The notes under the pieces were generated by a model. That model saw nothing but the letters and a program-made list of their open reading frames with translations. It searched no databases and was not told the origin of the DNA. Below are positions 9,517 to 19,179 of a stretch of 57,759 nucleotides of DNA, in pieces. Every line of letters begins with the position of its first letter. Position 1 is the first letter of the stretch. Both the position numbers and the translations under genes were made by a program. The DNA lies in contig CABSLJ010000001.1 in NCBI GenBank assembly GCA_902478455.1, positions 1 through 57,759 on the forward strand, given 5' to 3'. This DNA comes from an uncultured Oscillospiraceae bacterium. Its GTDB lineage: Bacteria; Bacillota; Clostridia; Oscillospirales; Acutalibacteraceae.

Positions 9517-11421
9517 GTGAAACAAAGCTTGGACAATAAAAAGACGTGGCGCAACCTGGCGATTTATCTGGGCATCCCCATTCTGATCATCGTGGTGATT
9601 GCGATGGTGACCAGCTCGCGCCCGCGCACCTCCTATAAATATTCCGAGATCATGAGCTACTTCAAGGAGCAGCAGGTCACCGAATACACCCTCGATTTCG
9701 GCACGGGCGAAATGGCCCTCAAGGTGACGCAGGACGACGGAACGGTCAAGGAGATCTACTACACCGTGCCCAATGTCGGCATCATCTATGAGGACATCAA
9801 GCCCTATGTGGAAGCGTATGACGAGGCGCATCCCGACAGCCCCATGGTCATCGACCTCCTGCGTCCGCAGGAGACGCCGTGGATTCTGAGCATCCTGCCC
9901 ACCATCATCCTGCTGGGCGCGATGGTGCTCTTCTGGATCTTCATGATGAAGCGCCTGAGCGCCACCATGGGCGACGGCGGCAAGCAGATGAACTTCGGCA
10001 AGGCCAAGATCAAGAATATGTCCGACGAAAAGCGCAAGACCACCTTTGCCGACGTCGCGGGAGCGGATGAGGAAAAGGAAGAGCTGCGCGAGATCGTCGA
10101 ATTCTTAAAAAATCCGAAAAAGTACAACGAGCTCGGCGCGCGCATCCCCAAGGGCGTGCTGCTTGTGGGCCCTCCGGGCACCGGTAAAACCCTGCTGGCC
10201 CGCGCCGTCGCGGGGGAGGCGGGCGTGCCCTTCTTCTCCATTTCAGGCTCCGATTTTGTGGAGATGTTCGTCGGCGTCGGCGCGTCGCGCGTGCGCGATC
10301 TGTTCGACCAGGCGAAAAAGAATTCCCCCTGCATCATTTTCATCGATGAAATCGACGCCGTCGGCCGCCAGCGCGGCGCGGGCCTCGGCGGCGGACATGA
10401 CGAGCGCGAGCAGACCCTCAATCAGCTGCTTGTCGAAATGGACGGCTTCGGCGCCAACGAGGGCGTCATCATGATCGCCGCCACCAACCGGCCCGACATT
10501 CTAGACCCCGCTCTCATGCGGCCCGGCCGTTTTGACCGTCAGGTCATGGTCGGCTACCCGGACATCAAGGGCCGCGAGGAAATCCTCAAGGTGCACGCGC
10601 GCGGCAAGCCGCTCGCGCCCGATGTGGAACTCAAGACCATCGCCAAGTCGACCGCCGGCTTCACTGGCGCCGACCTGGAAAATCTGCTGAACGAAGCGGC
10701 TCTCCTGGCCGCCAGAAAGAACCTCAAAGCGGTCACCATGACCGAGATCGAGGAGGCCACCATCAAGGTGGTGGTCGGCACCGAAAAGAAGTCCCGCGTG
10801 ATGAGCGAAAAGGAAAAGACCCTTACCGCCTACCATGAGGGCGGCCACGCCATCGCCACCTACTACTGCAAGACCCAGGACCCCGTCCACCAGATTTCCA
10901 TCATCCCGCGCGGCATGGCGGGGGGCTATACCATGTCCCTGCCGGCGGAGGACCGCTCCTACCGCTCCCGCAATGAGATGAAGGAGGATATCATCGTCCT
11001 GTTGGGCGGCCGCGTGGCCGAGGCGCTTGTCCTCGGGGACATCTCCACCGGCGCTTCCAACGACATTGAGCGCGCGACCAAGACGGCGCGCAACATGGTC
11101 GTCAAGTACGGCATGAGCGAATCGCTCGGACCGATTGCCTACGGCTCGGACAACGACGAGGTCTTCATCGGCCGGGATATGGGTCACATCAAGAATTATT
11201 CGGAAAAGACCGCTGCGGAGATCGACGAGGAAATCCATACGATCATCGTCAACGGCTATAAGCAGACCGAAGCCATCCTCAACGAGCATATGAACCAGCT
11301 CCACGAGGTTGCAAAGTACCTCTTCCTGCATGAAAAGATGAGCGGCGAGGAATTCCAGACCGTCATGGAAAAGGGAATTGCCGCGCTGGAAGCTTCTTCC
11401 GACGAAGAGGTCCCGCATTAA
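9517..11421 (+). CDS. ftsH: ATP-dependent zinc metalloprotease FtsH
   Basis: 634 aa. Contains two TM segments, AAA+ Walker A (GPPGTGKT), Walker B (IIFIDEID), SRH, and the zinc motif HEGGHA. The start is GTG 9517 or TTG 9529. Confidence 0.97.
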   Translation: MKQSLDNKKTWRNLAIYLGIPILIIVVIAMVTSSRPRTSYKYSEIMSYFKEQQVTEYTLDFGTGEMALKVTQDDGTVKEIYYTVPNVGIIYEDIKPYVEAYDEAHPDSPMVIDLLRPQETPWILSILPTIILLGAMVLFWIFMMKRLSATMGDGGKQMNFGKAKIKNMSDEKRKTTFADVAGADEEKEELREIVEFLKNPKKYNELGARIPKGVLLVGPPGTGKTLLARAVAGEAGVPFFSISGSDFVEMFVGVGASRVRDLFDQAKKNSPCIIFIDEIDAVGRQRGAGLGGGHDEREQTLNQLLVEMDGFGANEGVIMIAATNRPDILDPALMRPGRFDRQVMVGYPDIKGREEILKVHARGKPLAPDVELKTIAKSTAGFTGADLENLLNEAALLAARKNLKAVTMTEIEEATIKVVVGTEKKSRVMSEKEKTLTAYHEGGHAIATYYCKTQDPVHQISIIPRGMAGGYTMSLPAEDRSYRSRNEMKEDIIVLLGGRVAEALVLGDISTGASNDIERATKTARNMVVKYGMSESLGPIAYGSDNDEVFIGRDMGHIKNYSEKTAAEIDEEIHTIIVNGYKQTEAILNEHMNQLHEVAKYLFLHEKMSGEEFQTVMEKGIAALEASSDEEVPH

Positions 11422-11430
11422 TTGAATCTT

Positions 11431-11468
11431 TGCCGGCGCGGAATCAGACTCTTGCGCCGGCATTTTTG
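11431..11468 (+). terminator. intrinsic terminator after ftsH
   Basis: Stem TGCCGGCGC (11431-11439) pairs with GCGCCGGCA (11453-11461), followed by TTTTTG. Confidence 0.75.
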
Positions 11469-11522
11469 TTTCAAATCTGCTTGCGGGGTCCGGCGGACTC
11501 CGTGAAGAAATGGGGAGATGCT

Positions 11523-12212
11523 ATGAGAAAAAACGCGACCCGCATCCTCTTTGGACTGACTCTGCTGGTGTTTGCCGTGCTTTTGGCCGGCAGAGAGGCC
11601 GCCGGCTGGGAGCTGTCTTTTGCCGGTTGGTGGACGGTGTTCCTCATTGTGCCGGGCCTTGCCGGGATCATCGGCTACGGCTTCAGCTTCTGGAACGTTT
11701 TTCTGGTTCTGCTCGGCGGCTGGCTGCTGGCCAACGCCCAGGGCTGGGTGCGCGACGTCCCCTCGGTGTACATATGGGTTGCCGCCCTTGTGCTTCTGGG
11801 ACTTTACCTCATCTTCGGCGGCTTCCGCAAACCTAAAATTCCCATTCCGCCTATCGTTTTGGACAGTGTCAAAACCCAGGACGGCAGTGATTTTCTCTCT
11901 TACGCGGCCGTGTTCGGCGGAGTGGAGGCCGCGAGCGATTGCAAGGCCCTGCGCGGTGGCAAACTGAGCGCCATTTTCGGCGGCGTCGAACTTGACCTGA
12001 GAAGTGCCGGCGTGCTCAACGGCGCGGTGATTGAGGCTGTCTCGGTCTTCGGCGGAATCGATATCCAGCCACCGCCCGGCTGCCGTATTCAGCTTGTCGG
12101 CGTGCCTGTCTTCGGCGGGGCGAGCAGCAAGGCTCCGCAGACGAACGACGAATCCCTCCCGCTTCTGACGATCCGCTACACGGCTATTTTTGGCGGTGTG
12201 GAGATTCTTTAA
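11523..12212 (+). CDS. LiaF/YvqF-like membrane protein (cell-wall-active antibiotic response domain)
   Basis: Lies in ORF 11430..12212, with the start at ATG 11523 after GGGGAG. The N-terminal half has several TM helices. The C-terminal half has repeated FGG(V/I)E/D beta-strand motifs (IFGGVELDL, VFGGIDIQ, IFGGVEIL) typical of the LiaF C-terminal domain. Confidence 0.6.
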   Translation: MRKNATRILFGLTLLVFAVLLAGREAAGWELSFAGWWTVFLIVPGLAGIIGYGFSFWNVFLVLLGGWLLANAQGWVRDVPSVYIWVAALVLLGLYLIFGGFRKPKIPIPPIVLDSVKTQDGSDFLSYAAVFGGVEAASDCKALRGGKLSAIFGGVELDLRSAGVLNGAVIEAVSVFGGIDIQPPPGCRIQLVGVPVFGGASSKAPQTNDESLPLLTIRYTAIFGGVEIL

Positions 12213-12251
12213 CCCGCGCCATTGCGCAAGAGTTTTTTCGGAAAACATAGA

Positions 12252-12296
12252 GGGGTACCCCCGGGAAACGCCGGTTTCCCGGGGGTACCCTTTTTG
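12252..12296 (+). terminator. intrinsic terminator (very strong 18-bp stem)
   Basis: GGGGTACCCCCGGGAAAC-GCC-GGTTTCCCGGGGGTACCC followed by TTTTT. Confidence 0.85.
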
Positions 12297-12328
12297 CGGA
12301 GAATGGTCTGAATGCAAAAGGGAATTTG

Positions 12329-12453
12329 CAGGGGCGCACAGCGTGCGCCCCTACGCCTGGCTTTCTGGGGATGGATGTAGGGGCGAACATCGTTCGCCCG
12401 CCGCCTTGGGTCCCGCTGGTAAACGCGGGCGCACAGTGTGCGCCCCTACGAAG
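12329..12453. repeat. cluster of three GC-rich REP-like palindromic units
   Basis: The three units are GGGGCGCACAGCGTGCGCCCCTACG (12331-12355), GTAGGGGCGAACATCGTTCGCCCGCC (12377-12402) and GGGCGCACAGTGTGCGCCCCTACG (12427-12450). A fourth copy lies at 19058-19088. Confidence 0.8.
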
Positions 12454-12473
12454 GGAGATAACACCCCTGGCAC

Positions 12474-12713
12474 TTATTTCCTGACGGATTTATGCGCGTA
12501 TGGAGCAAACACATTGGTTCTGCCCAAGATATAATCGGTTGAGGTGTGATAAAAATCCGCCAGCTTCAGCAGATGAATCACCGGAATGGTCTGAAAGCCT
12601 CTTTCGTATCTTGAGTAAACAGTTTGATTGATGCCTAGAAAATCGGCAATATCTTTTTGCAACAGGTCATTATCTTCTCTTAAATCTTTCAAGCGCGGAA
12701 AATACATAATCAT
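12474..12713 (-). CDS. XRE-family (Cro/C1-type) helix-turn-helix transcriptional regulator
   Basis: 79 aa. The sequence RLKDLREDNDLLQKDIADFLGINQTVYSRYERGFQTIPVIHLLKLADFYHTSTDYILG is a typical HTH_3 domain. The RBS GAGGG lies before the ATG. Confidence 0.85.
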   Translation of the reverse strand: MIMYFPRLKDLREDNDLLQKDIADFLGINQTVYSRYERGFQTIPVIHLLKLADFYHTSTDYILGRTNVFAPYAHKSVRK

Positions 12714-12721
12714 CCCTCAAT

Positions 12722-12792
12722 AGTACTTAATGATACTATTGACAGTACTATAGAAATATATTACAATGATCGAGGTAGAACTTAAAAGTACT
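12722..12792. promoter_or_regulatory. divergent promoter/operator region between two XRE genes
   Basis: Plus-strand promoter: TTGACA (12739-12744), 17 nt, TACAAT (12762-12767). Three AGTACT palindromic hexamers lie at 12722, 12744 and 12787, one of them directly abutting the -35. Confidence 0.55.
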
Positions 12793-12884
12793 ACCTGGGG
12801 GATGGAATCCTTATTCTGTATGCTACAGACGAGCCTTTTATTACAAAATCAGCGGGGAATAAAATTGAAGGGAGTATTCCATGC

Positions 12885-13139
12885 ATGGAGAAACGGAACT
12901 ACTTTCTCGTGTTTTGCCGCAACGTCAAGGCAGTGCGTCAAAGCTGCGGGATGACCAAAAAGCAGATGTCGCGCATTCTGGGCGTAAGCCCAAAGACGTT
13001 CAACAGGATTGAGGCGGAAGAGGTACCCAATATCAAGGTAGATCAGTTGGACCGTTTCATCACTCATTTCCATCTGAATGTGGAGAAGGCCTGCCAAATC
13101 CCCTTTGAATTGTGGGACAAGCAGGACGAGGAGAGGTAG
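12885..13139 (+). CDS. small XRE-like helix-turn-helix protein
   Basis: 84 aa. The sequence VKAVRQSCGMTKKQMSRILGVSPKTFNRIEAEE has an HTH pattern. The RBS GAAGGGAG lies about 10 nt upstream. Confidence 0.65.
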   Translation: MEKRNYFLVFCRNVKAVRQSCGMTKKQMSRILGVSPKTFNRIEAEEVPNIKVDQLDRFITHFHLNVEKACQIPFELWDKQDEER

Positions 13140-13194
13140 GGGCCAGCCGCCGCCCGGCGCGGGCCTCCGCTCAGAAAAATACAGGCGAAACGAT

Positions 13195-13237
13195 GCGGCA
13201 GAGAACGGCATTGACCGTCGTTCTCTGCCGCATTTTG
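13195..13237 (+). terminator. intrinsic terminator after the plus-strand XRE gene
   Basis: GCGGCAGAGAACG-loop-CGTTCTCTGCCGC followed by ATTTTG. Confidence 0.65.
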
Positions 13238-13644
13238 CCGATTTTTGGTATAACGGGTTGTCGATATAACAAATAGTATTCTATTTTGCATCGAAACCCA
13301 TGCGGTGGACGGCAATCCGGTCGCTCTGCTGTGAAAAAGAAAGAAACGCCTCTGTGAAGGCGTTCTGCTTTTCGGAAAGACGGTGCGCATAGCTCCAGAC
13401 TTCGACTTGATTCTTTCAAATCCTTAAGAATTCAACATTGAGCAATAATAAAAAGATAAAATACAAATAGTTTTTGTCTGCCGCATGGCCCTTCGCCAGA
13501 AAGTATGTTTTTTCTTTAACAAATAATCCGAAAGACGGTGAATCCTCCAAATGTGCCCGCGGTGTCCCGAATCTCCTTGCAAAGGCAGAAAGAAAGTAGT
13601 ATGATTGAAACTGTTCCAAATGGTACAGTTTTGGAGGCGGAACC

Positions 13645-14310
13645 ATGGACGATTATTCCATCCAAACGCTGCGCGCCTTCTTCCTCTTCCGGGATTTGGA
13701 GAAAGGGGAACAGGACCGGCTCTTTGCCGGGCTGCCCGAGCCGGTCGGCTACGAAAAGGGGGAAATCCTCTTTTCCCGCGCCTGCTTCCGCAAAGCCCTC
13801 GGCATTCTGCTCGAGGGGGAGGCCACCGTCCGTCGCTTTGGAGACGACCGGGTGATCCTCAACCGCTTAAGCAGAGGAAGCGCCTTCGGCGCCGCCGCTT
13901 TGTACGGAGACGGCGAGGAATATCTCACCGAAATCCGCGCCGCAAGCCCCGCGCGCGTTCTGTTCCTGACGCAGGAGCTGCTTTCCCGCCTGATGCGGGA
14001 GGATTTCCGCATCGCGGAGAATTACATCCGTTTTTTGTCCGGCCGCATCCGCTTTCTCAACGAGCGCATCGCCGGCTTTACGGAGGACAGCGCCGAGCGC
14101 CGCGTGGCCGATTATTTTTTTCAACACCGCCGGGAGGACGGCCGCGTCGAGTTGCAGGGGAGCATGGTCGAGCTCGCAAAGCTGCTGGGCATCGGCCGCA
14201 CGAGCCTTTACAGAGCCGTCGACGCGCTTTTGCAGTCGGGCGCTCTGCAAAAGGAAGGAAAAAACTACATGATGCGTCCACAACAGGCAGACGCCTGCTG
14301 GATCGATTGA
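13645..14310 (+). CDS. Crp/Fnr-family transcriptional regulator
   Basis: 221 aa. It has an N-terminal cNMP-binding-like beta-barrel and a C-terminal HTH (MVELAKLLGIGRTSLYRAVDALLQSGAL). The RBS GGAGG is upstream. Confidence 0.8.
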   Translation: MDDYSIQTLRAFFLFRDLEKGEQDRLFAGLPEPVGYEKGEILFSRACFRKALGILLEGEATVRRFGDDRVILNRLSRGSAFGAAALYGDGEEYLTEIRAASPARVLFLTQELLSRLMREDFRIAENYIRFLSGRIRFLNERIAGFTEDSAERRVADYFFQHRREDGRVELQGSMVELAKLLGIGRTSLYRAVDALLQSGALQKEGKNYMMRPQQADACWID

Positions 14311-14324
14311 AAGGATGAGTTGTT

Positions 14325-15398
14325 ATGAAGAAACTGAAATCAGCCGCCGCGCTGCTTATGGCGGTCGTGCTGGCGCTGACCCTGTTCGCCGGCTGCGCCG
14401 CGCAGGGAGGAGAGACCACCTCTTCCGCCGCAGGCGAGACCTCCTCCGCCGGAGAAGTCTCTTCCGCGCCGGAATCCTCGGCCGCGCCCGCCGAAAAGAC
14501 CGATGTCAACCTTATGATGATCAAGGGACCGACCGGAATCGGCGCGGTCCATCTGATGGAAGCCAATGACAACGACGAGGCGGCGAACCATTATAACGTG
14601 ACCATCGCCGAGTCGCCGGAGGACGTCGTCGCCAAGATCGCCAACGGCGAGGCGGACATCGCCGCCGTCCCCACCAACGTGGCCGCCTCCCTTTACCAGA
14701 AGACGAGCGGCAAGGTGGAGATGCTCGCCGTCAATACGCTGGGCGTGCTCTACATCCTGGAAAACGGCGACGGCATAGAAGAGATTTCCGATCTCAAGGG
14801 CAAGACCATTTACTCGACCGGCCAGGGTTCCAACCCGGAGTATATCCTCAACTACCTTCTGGAACAGAACGGACTGACCCCAGGTGAGGACGTCACCGTG
14901 AAATTCCTCTCTCAGAATGAGGAACTGGCCACTGTCCTCGCCACCGGCGAGGCCGACGTCGCCCTCGTGCCCGAGCCGACCGTCACCACGGTCCTGACCA
15001 AGAACGCCGACCTGCGCATCGCCCTCAACGTCACCGACGAGTGGGCCAAGGTGGACGATCAGAGCCGGCTCATGATGGGCTGCGTGGTCGCCCGCAAGGA
15101 TTTCATCGACGCGAATCCCGAGGCGGTGGAGGCTTTCCTTGAGGAGTACAAGGCCTCCATTGAAGCCGCCGTCGGCGACGTCGACGCAACCGCCGCCCTC
15201 TGCGAGCAGTACGGCATCATCCCCAAGGCCGCGGTAGCCAAGCAGGCCATTCCCAACTGCAATCTGGTCTATCTCGACGGAGCCGAAATGAAGGAATCCA
15301 TCACCGGATACTTCCAGGTGCTCTTTGACGCAAATCCCAAATCAATCGGTGGAGCGATGCCGGATGACGGATTCTACTATGAAAGAACGGCGCAATAG
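14325..15398 (+). CDS. ABC transporter substrate-binding lipoprotein (NMT1/THI5-like, NitT/TauT family)
   Basis: Signal peptide with lipobox LFAGC, a Ser/Ala-rich linker, then a periplasmic-binding fold. It is followed by a cognate permease and ATPase. Confidence 0.75.
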   Translation: MKKLKSAAALLMAVVLALTLFAGCAAQGGETTSSAAGETSSAGEVSSAPESSAAPAEKTDVNLMMIKGPTGIGAVHLMEANDNDEAANHYNVTIAESPEDVVAKIANGEADIAAVPTNVAASLYQKTSGKVEMLAVNTLGVLYILENGDGIEEISDLKGKTIYSTGQGSNPEYILNYLLEQNGLTPGEDVTVKFLSQNEELATVLATGEADVALVPEPTVTTVLTKNADLRIALNVTDEWAKVDDQSRLMMGCVVARKDFIDANPEAVEAFLEEYKASIEAAVGDVDATAALCEQYGIIPKAAVAKQAIPNCNLVYLDGAEMKESITGYFQVLFDANPKSIGGAMPDDGFYYERTAQ

Positions 15399-16152
15399 CT
15401 GGTGGAAGCTGCCGGCGGCGATTGTATTCTGGATCGCCGTCTGGCAGGCCGTCAGTATGCTGGTGGCGCAGGAACTTCTGGTTCCTGCGCCTTTGGCGGT
15501 TTTAAAGGTGCTGTGGCGGCTTGCGGGCACGGCGGTCTTTTGGCAGTCGATCGGTCTGTCCATGCTGCGGGTGGTCGCCGGTTTTCTGCTGGCGCTTCTC
15601 TGCGGCAGCCTCTTCGCCGTGCTCACCGAGCGGTTCGCTCTGGCCGACGCGCTGCTTTCTCCCATGCTGCGGCTGATCCGCGCGGTGCCCGTGGCTTCGT
15701 TTATCATCCTGGCGCTCGTGTGGCTCAAAAGCACCCTTCTGCCCGCCTTCATCGCCTGGATGATGGTCACGCCCATGGTGTGGGAAAACGTCCGCCAGGG
15801 CATCCGCCAGACCGACAGGCAGCTTCTGGAGATGGCGCGGGTCTACCGTTTCGGCCGGTGGCGGACCTTTCTGCGGGTGCGCGTCCCGTCGGTTCTGCCC
15901 TACTTCCTCGCGGCCTGCACCACCGGTCTGGGCTTTGCCTGGAAATCGGCCATCGCGGCCGAGGTCATCAGCCGTCCGGCCGTTTCCATCGGCCGCCGCC
16001 TTCAGGACGCAAAGGTCTACCTGGAGACGCCCGAACTCTTCGCCTGGACGGCGGTCGTCATTGTGTGCAGTCTGCTGCTCGAAAAGCTGTTTGTCTTTTT
16101 GGTGCGCCGGGGCGGCCGCAGCTTTCTGCGCCGGGGAAGGGGGGAGAACTGA
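15379..16152 (+). CDS. ABC transporter permease (NitT/TauT family)
   Basis: Lies in ORF 15325..16152 and is a multi-TM protein with a BPD_transp_1-like core. The start ATG 15379 (or 15364) overlaps the end of the SBP gene. Confidence 0.8.
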   Translation: MKERRNSWWKLPAAIVFWIAVWQAVSMLVAQELLVPAPLAVLKVLWRLAGTAVFWQSIGLSMLRVVAGFLLALLCGSLFAVLTERFALADALLSPMLRLIRAVPVASFIILALVWLKSTLLPAFIAWMMVTPMVWENVRQGIRQTDRQLLEMARVYRFGRWRTFLRVRVPSVLPYFLAACTTGLGFAWKSAIAAEVISRPAVSIGRRLQDAKVYLETPELFAWTAVVIVCSLLLEKLFVFLVRRGGRSFLRRGRGEN

Positions 16153-16754
16153 TGGCCCTTTCGTTTGACAACGTCTCCTTTCACTACGGGGAAACCGAGG
16201 TGCTCCGAGATTTCTCCCTGACGCTGCCCGGGCGGGGCGTGGTCTGCTTTCTGGGGGAATCGGGCTGCGGAAAGACCACTCTTCTGCGCCTGCTTCTGGG
16301 ATTGGAAGCGCCCGAACGCGGCGCGGTGACCGGCCGGGACGGGCTGCGCTTTGCCGCCGTCTTTCAGGAGGACCGCCTGCTGCCGTGGCTTACCGTGCGG
16401 GACAATCTCGCCGTCCCTCTCAGAGGGGAGAAAGCGGCCGCCGCCGTGGAAAAGGCCCTGCGGCTCGTCGGCCTGGAGCATGCGGGAGAGCTGTATCCCG
16501 ACGAGCTCAGCGGGGGCATGAAGCGCCGCGCGGCCATCGCCCGCGCGCTGGCCTACGGAGGGGATGTGCTGGTGCTGGACGAACCCTTCACCGGCATCGA
16601 TGAAGCCCGCTGGCAGGAGCTTGCCTGCCTTCTCCGCAAGGAATATGAAGAAAAGCTGATTCTGCTGGTCACCCATGTGCGCGCCGAATGGGAGGCGTTT
16701 GAAGCAAAGACGTACGCCTTTGCGCCGGGGCCCCTCTCTGGGCGGTGGGAATAG
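16152..16754 (+). CDS. ABC transporter ATP-binding protein
   Basis: This is the C-terminal 200 aa of ORF 15402..16754. ATG 16152 overlaps the permease stop (ATGA). Contains Walker A (GESGCGKTT), the signature LSGGMKRR, and Walker B (VLVLDEPF). Confidence 0.88.
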   Translation: MALSFDNVSFHYGETEVLRDFSLTLPGRGVVCFLGESGCGKTTLLRLLLGLEAPERGAVTGRDGLRFAAVFQEDRLLPWLTVRDNLAVPLRGEKAAAAVEKALRLVGLEHAGELYPDELSGGMKRRAAIARALAYGGDVLVLDEPFTGIDEARWQELACLLRKEYEEKLILLVTHVRAEWEAFEAKTYAFAPGPLSGRWE

Positions 16755-17049
16755 AGGCGGGCGCCGTAAGACATGCCAGACTTTGCTGTGCCGGTACTGC
16801 GGCGCGGCGGACGGGAACCCGGGGCGGCCGGTGGTATAATCAGGCGGAATTTTGCAAAGCTAAGACTGCCAGAGACACGGAAAGGTCGCCCCGCCTCTTG
16901 ACATGATGCGGGGAAATAGGGTACAGTAAAAGGAGCCGGGCGCCATATATTGGGCCCGGCCCTGTTTGGTTCCGTTTCCAAAAGGCCGGCCGCGCCGCCG
17001 GCTTTTTGCAAGCGGAAGGACAGGCTATCACACTACAGGAGGAAAACGC

Positions 17050-19032
17050 ATGGCAAAAAAGGCTGCTTCCTACGGCAACGACAGTATCTCGTCCTTAAAA
17101 GGGGCCGACCGGGTCCGCAAGCGCCCCGCCGTCATTTTCGGCTCGGACGGCATCGAGGGCTGCGAGCATTCCATTTTTGAGATTCTCTCCAACTCCATCG
17201 ACGAGGCGCGCGAGGGCTACGGCAACGTCATCACCGTCACCCGGTATGAGGACGGCTCGGTCGAGGTGGAGGACCACGGCCGCGGCTGCCCCGTGGATTA
17301 CAACAAAAACGAGGGGCGCTACAACTGGGAGCTCGCCTTCTGCGAGCTGTACGCCGGCGGCAAATACAAAAACAACGAGGCCGAAAGCTACGAGTATTCC
17401 CTGGGACTCAATGGACTGGGACTGTGCGCCACCCAATACGCCTCTGAATACATGGATGTCGACATCCGGCGCGACGGCTTCCGCTACACCCTCCATTTTG
17501 AACGGGGGGAGAACGTCGGCGGCCTTCACAAGGAGCCCTACGCAAAAAAGGACACCGGCTCCAAAATCCGCTGGAAGCCCGACCTCCAGGTCTTCACCGA
17601 CATCGACGTCCCGCTTGAGTATTTTCATGAAACCATCAAGCGCCAGGCCATTGTCAACGCCGGCGTGCTTTTTCAGTTCCGCGTTCAGACGGGCAAGACC
17701 TTTGAGACGACCGAATACCGCTATGAAAACGGCATCGCCGACCACGTCCGCGAGCTCGCAGGGGAGGACAGCCTGACGCCCGTCCAGGTCTGGCACGCCG
17801 AGCGCAAGGTGCGCGACCGCGCCGACAAGCCCGAATACAAAACCAAAATAGGCGTCGCCTTCGCCTTCTCCAACCGCCGGAACATCGCCGAATATTACCA
17901 CAACTCGAGTTTCCTGGAGCACGGCGGCGCGCCCGAAAAGGCGGTGCGCAACGCCTTTGTCTACCAGATCGACGCCTATCTCAAGCAGACGGGCAAATAC
18001 AACAAGAACGAAAGCAAGATCACCTTTGCCGACGTTGAGGACTGCCTGATCATTGTCATCTCCTCCTTTTCAAGCGTCACCTCCTACGAGAACCAGACCA
18101 AAAAGGCCATCACCAACAAGGGCATTCAGGACGCCATGGTGGAGATGTTCCGCCACAACCTGGAGGTCTATTTTATTGAAAATCCTCTGGACGCGGACAA
18201 AATCGCCGCTCAGGTGCTCATCAACAAGCGCAGCCGTGAGGACGCCGAAAAGACCCGCTTGAACCTCAAGAAAAAGCTGACGAGCAACATGGACATCACC
18301 AGCCGCGTGGCCAAGTTCGTCGATTGCCGCAGCAAGGATGTGGGGGAGCGCGAGCTCTTCATCGTGGAGGGCGATTCGGCCCTCGGCGCCTGCAAGCAGG
18401 CGCGCAATCCCGATTTTCAGGCCATTATCCCCATCCGCGGCAAGATTTTAAACTGCCTTAAGGCCGATTATGACAAGATATTCAAAAGCGATATCATTAC
18501 CGATCTCGTCAAGGTGCTCGGCTGCGGGGTGGAGGTCAAAAGCAAGGCCAACAAGGACCTCTCCTCCTTCAACCTCGAAAGCCTGCGCTGGAGCAAGGTC
18601 ATCCTCTGCACCGACGCCGACGTCGACGGCTTCCAGATCCGCACTCTGCTTTTGACCATGCTCTACCGGCTGACCCCCACGCTGATCGAGGTCGGCAAGG
18701 TGTTCATCGCCGAGTCTCCCTTGTATGAGATCAACACGAAAAGCGAGACCTATTTCGCCTACACCGAAAAGGAAAAAGAGAAGTTCCTGGAGCAGATCGG
18801 CAGCGCCAAATACACCATCCAGCGCTCCAAGGGACTGGGCGAAAACGAGCCGGAGATGATGAGCCTGACCACCATGAATCCGGCCACCAGAAGGCTCATC
18901 AAGGTCCTCCCGGACGACGCCGAGCGCACCTCCCAGGTTTTTGACCTGCTTTTGGGGGACAACCTCTCCGGCCGCAAGGATTACATCGCCGAAAACGGTC
19001 ATCTTTATATCGACATGACCGACGTAAGCTAG
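17050..19032 (+). CDS. type IIA DNA topoisomerase subunit B (ParE/GyrB family, divergent)
   Basis: Start is MAKKAASYGNDSISSLKGADRVRKRP after AGGAGG. Contains a GHKL ATPase (EILSNSIDEA, DHGRGCPVD, GLNGLG) and Toprim (FIVEGDSA, DADVDGFQI). Confidence 0.88.
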   Translation: MAKKAASYGNDSISSLKGADRVRKRPAVIFGSDGIEGCEHSIFEILSNSIDEAREGYGNVITVTRYEDGSVEVEDHGRGCPVDYNKNEGRYNWELAFCELYAGGKYKNNEAESYEYSLGLNGLGLCATQYASEYMDVDIRRDGFRYTLHFERGENVGGLHKEPYAKKDTGSKIRWKPDLQVFTDIDVPLEYFHETIKRQAIVNAGVLFQFRVQTGKTFETTEYRYENGIADHVRELAGEDSLTPVQVWHAERKVRDRADKPEYKTKIGVAFAFSNRRNIAEYYHNSSFLEHGGAPEKAVRNAFVYQIDAYLKQTGKYNKNESKITFADVEDCLIIVISSFSSVTSYENQTKKAITNKGIQDAMVEMFRHNLEVYFIENPLDADKIAAQVLINKRSREDAEKTRLNLKKKLTSNMDITSRVAKFVDCRSKDVGERELFIVEGDSALGACKQARNPDFQAIIPIRGKILNCLKADYDKIFKSDIITDLVKVLGCGVEVKSKANKDLSSFNLESLRWSKVILCTDADVDGFQIRTLLLTMLYRLTPTLIEVGKVFIAESPLYEINTKSETYFAYTEKEKEKFLEQIGSAKYTIQRSKGLGENEPEMMSLTTMNPATRRLIKVLPDDAERTSQVFDLLLGDNLSGRKDYIAENGHLYIDMTDVS

Positions 19033-19057
19033 GCATACGCCGGGCCGCACTGTTTCA

Positions 19058-19088
19058 GCGGGCGCGCGGCGCTGTGCGCCCCTACGCG
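19058..19088. repeat. REP-like palindromic unit (same family as 12329-12453)
   Basis: GGGCGCGCGGCGCTGTGCGCCCCTACGCG lies between the two topoisomerase genes. Confidence 0.7.
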
Positions 19089-19179
19089 TTCTGATCCTAT
19101 ATTTTACGCAAAGTGGGCGGGGCCCCATCCCGCAGAAGACCCAATCCACGCAACAAACCAACGTCTGGAGTGAATATGA

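Noticed and set aside
12190-12534. 114-aa ORF spanning the terminator and the REP-like units.
   Set aside because: - Its translation is a read-through of palindromic repeats (…GAHSVRPY…GRTVCAPT…).
- It has no RBS and overlaps the end of the XRE gene.
13605-14318. 237-aa ORF overlapping the Crp/Fnr gene in another frame.
   Set aside because: - Its translation is Arg/Pro-rich with no domain-like features.
- The Crp frame has a clear cNMP-binding fold pattern and HTH.
15402-16151. Long upstream part of ORF 15402..16754, which would make a 450-aa ATPase.
   Set aside because: - This part overlaps the permease gene in another frame and has no ABC features.
- The Walker A motif lies about 35 aa after ATG 16152.
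- ATG 16152 overlaps the permease stop, in typical operon coupling.
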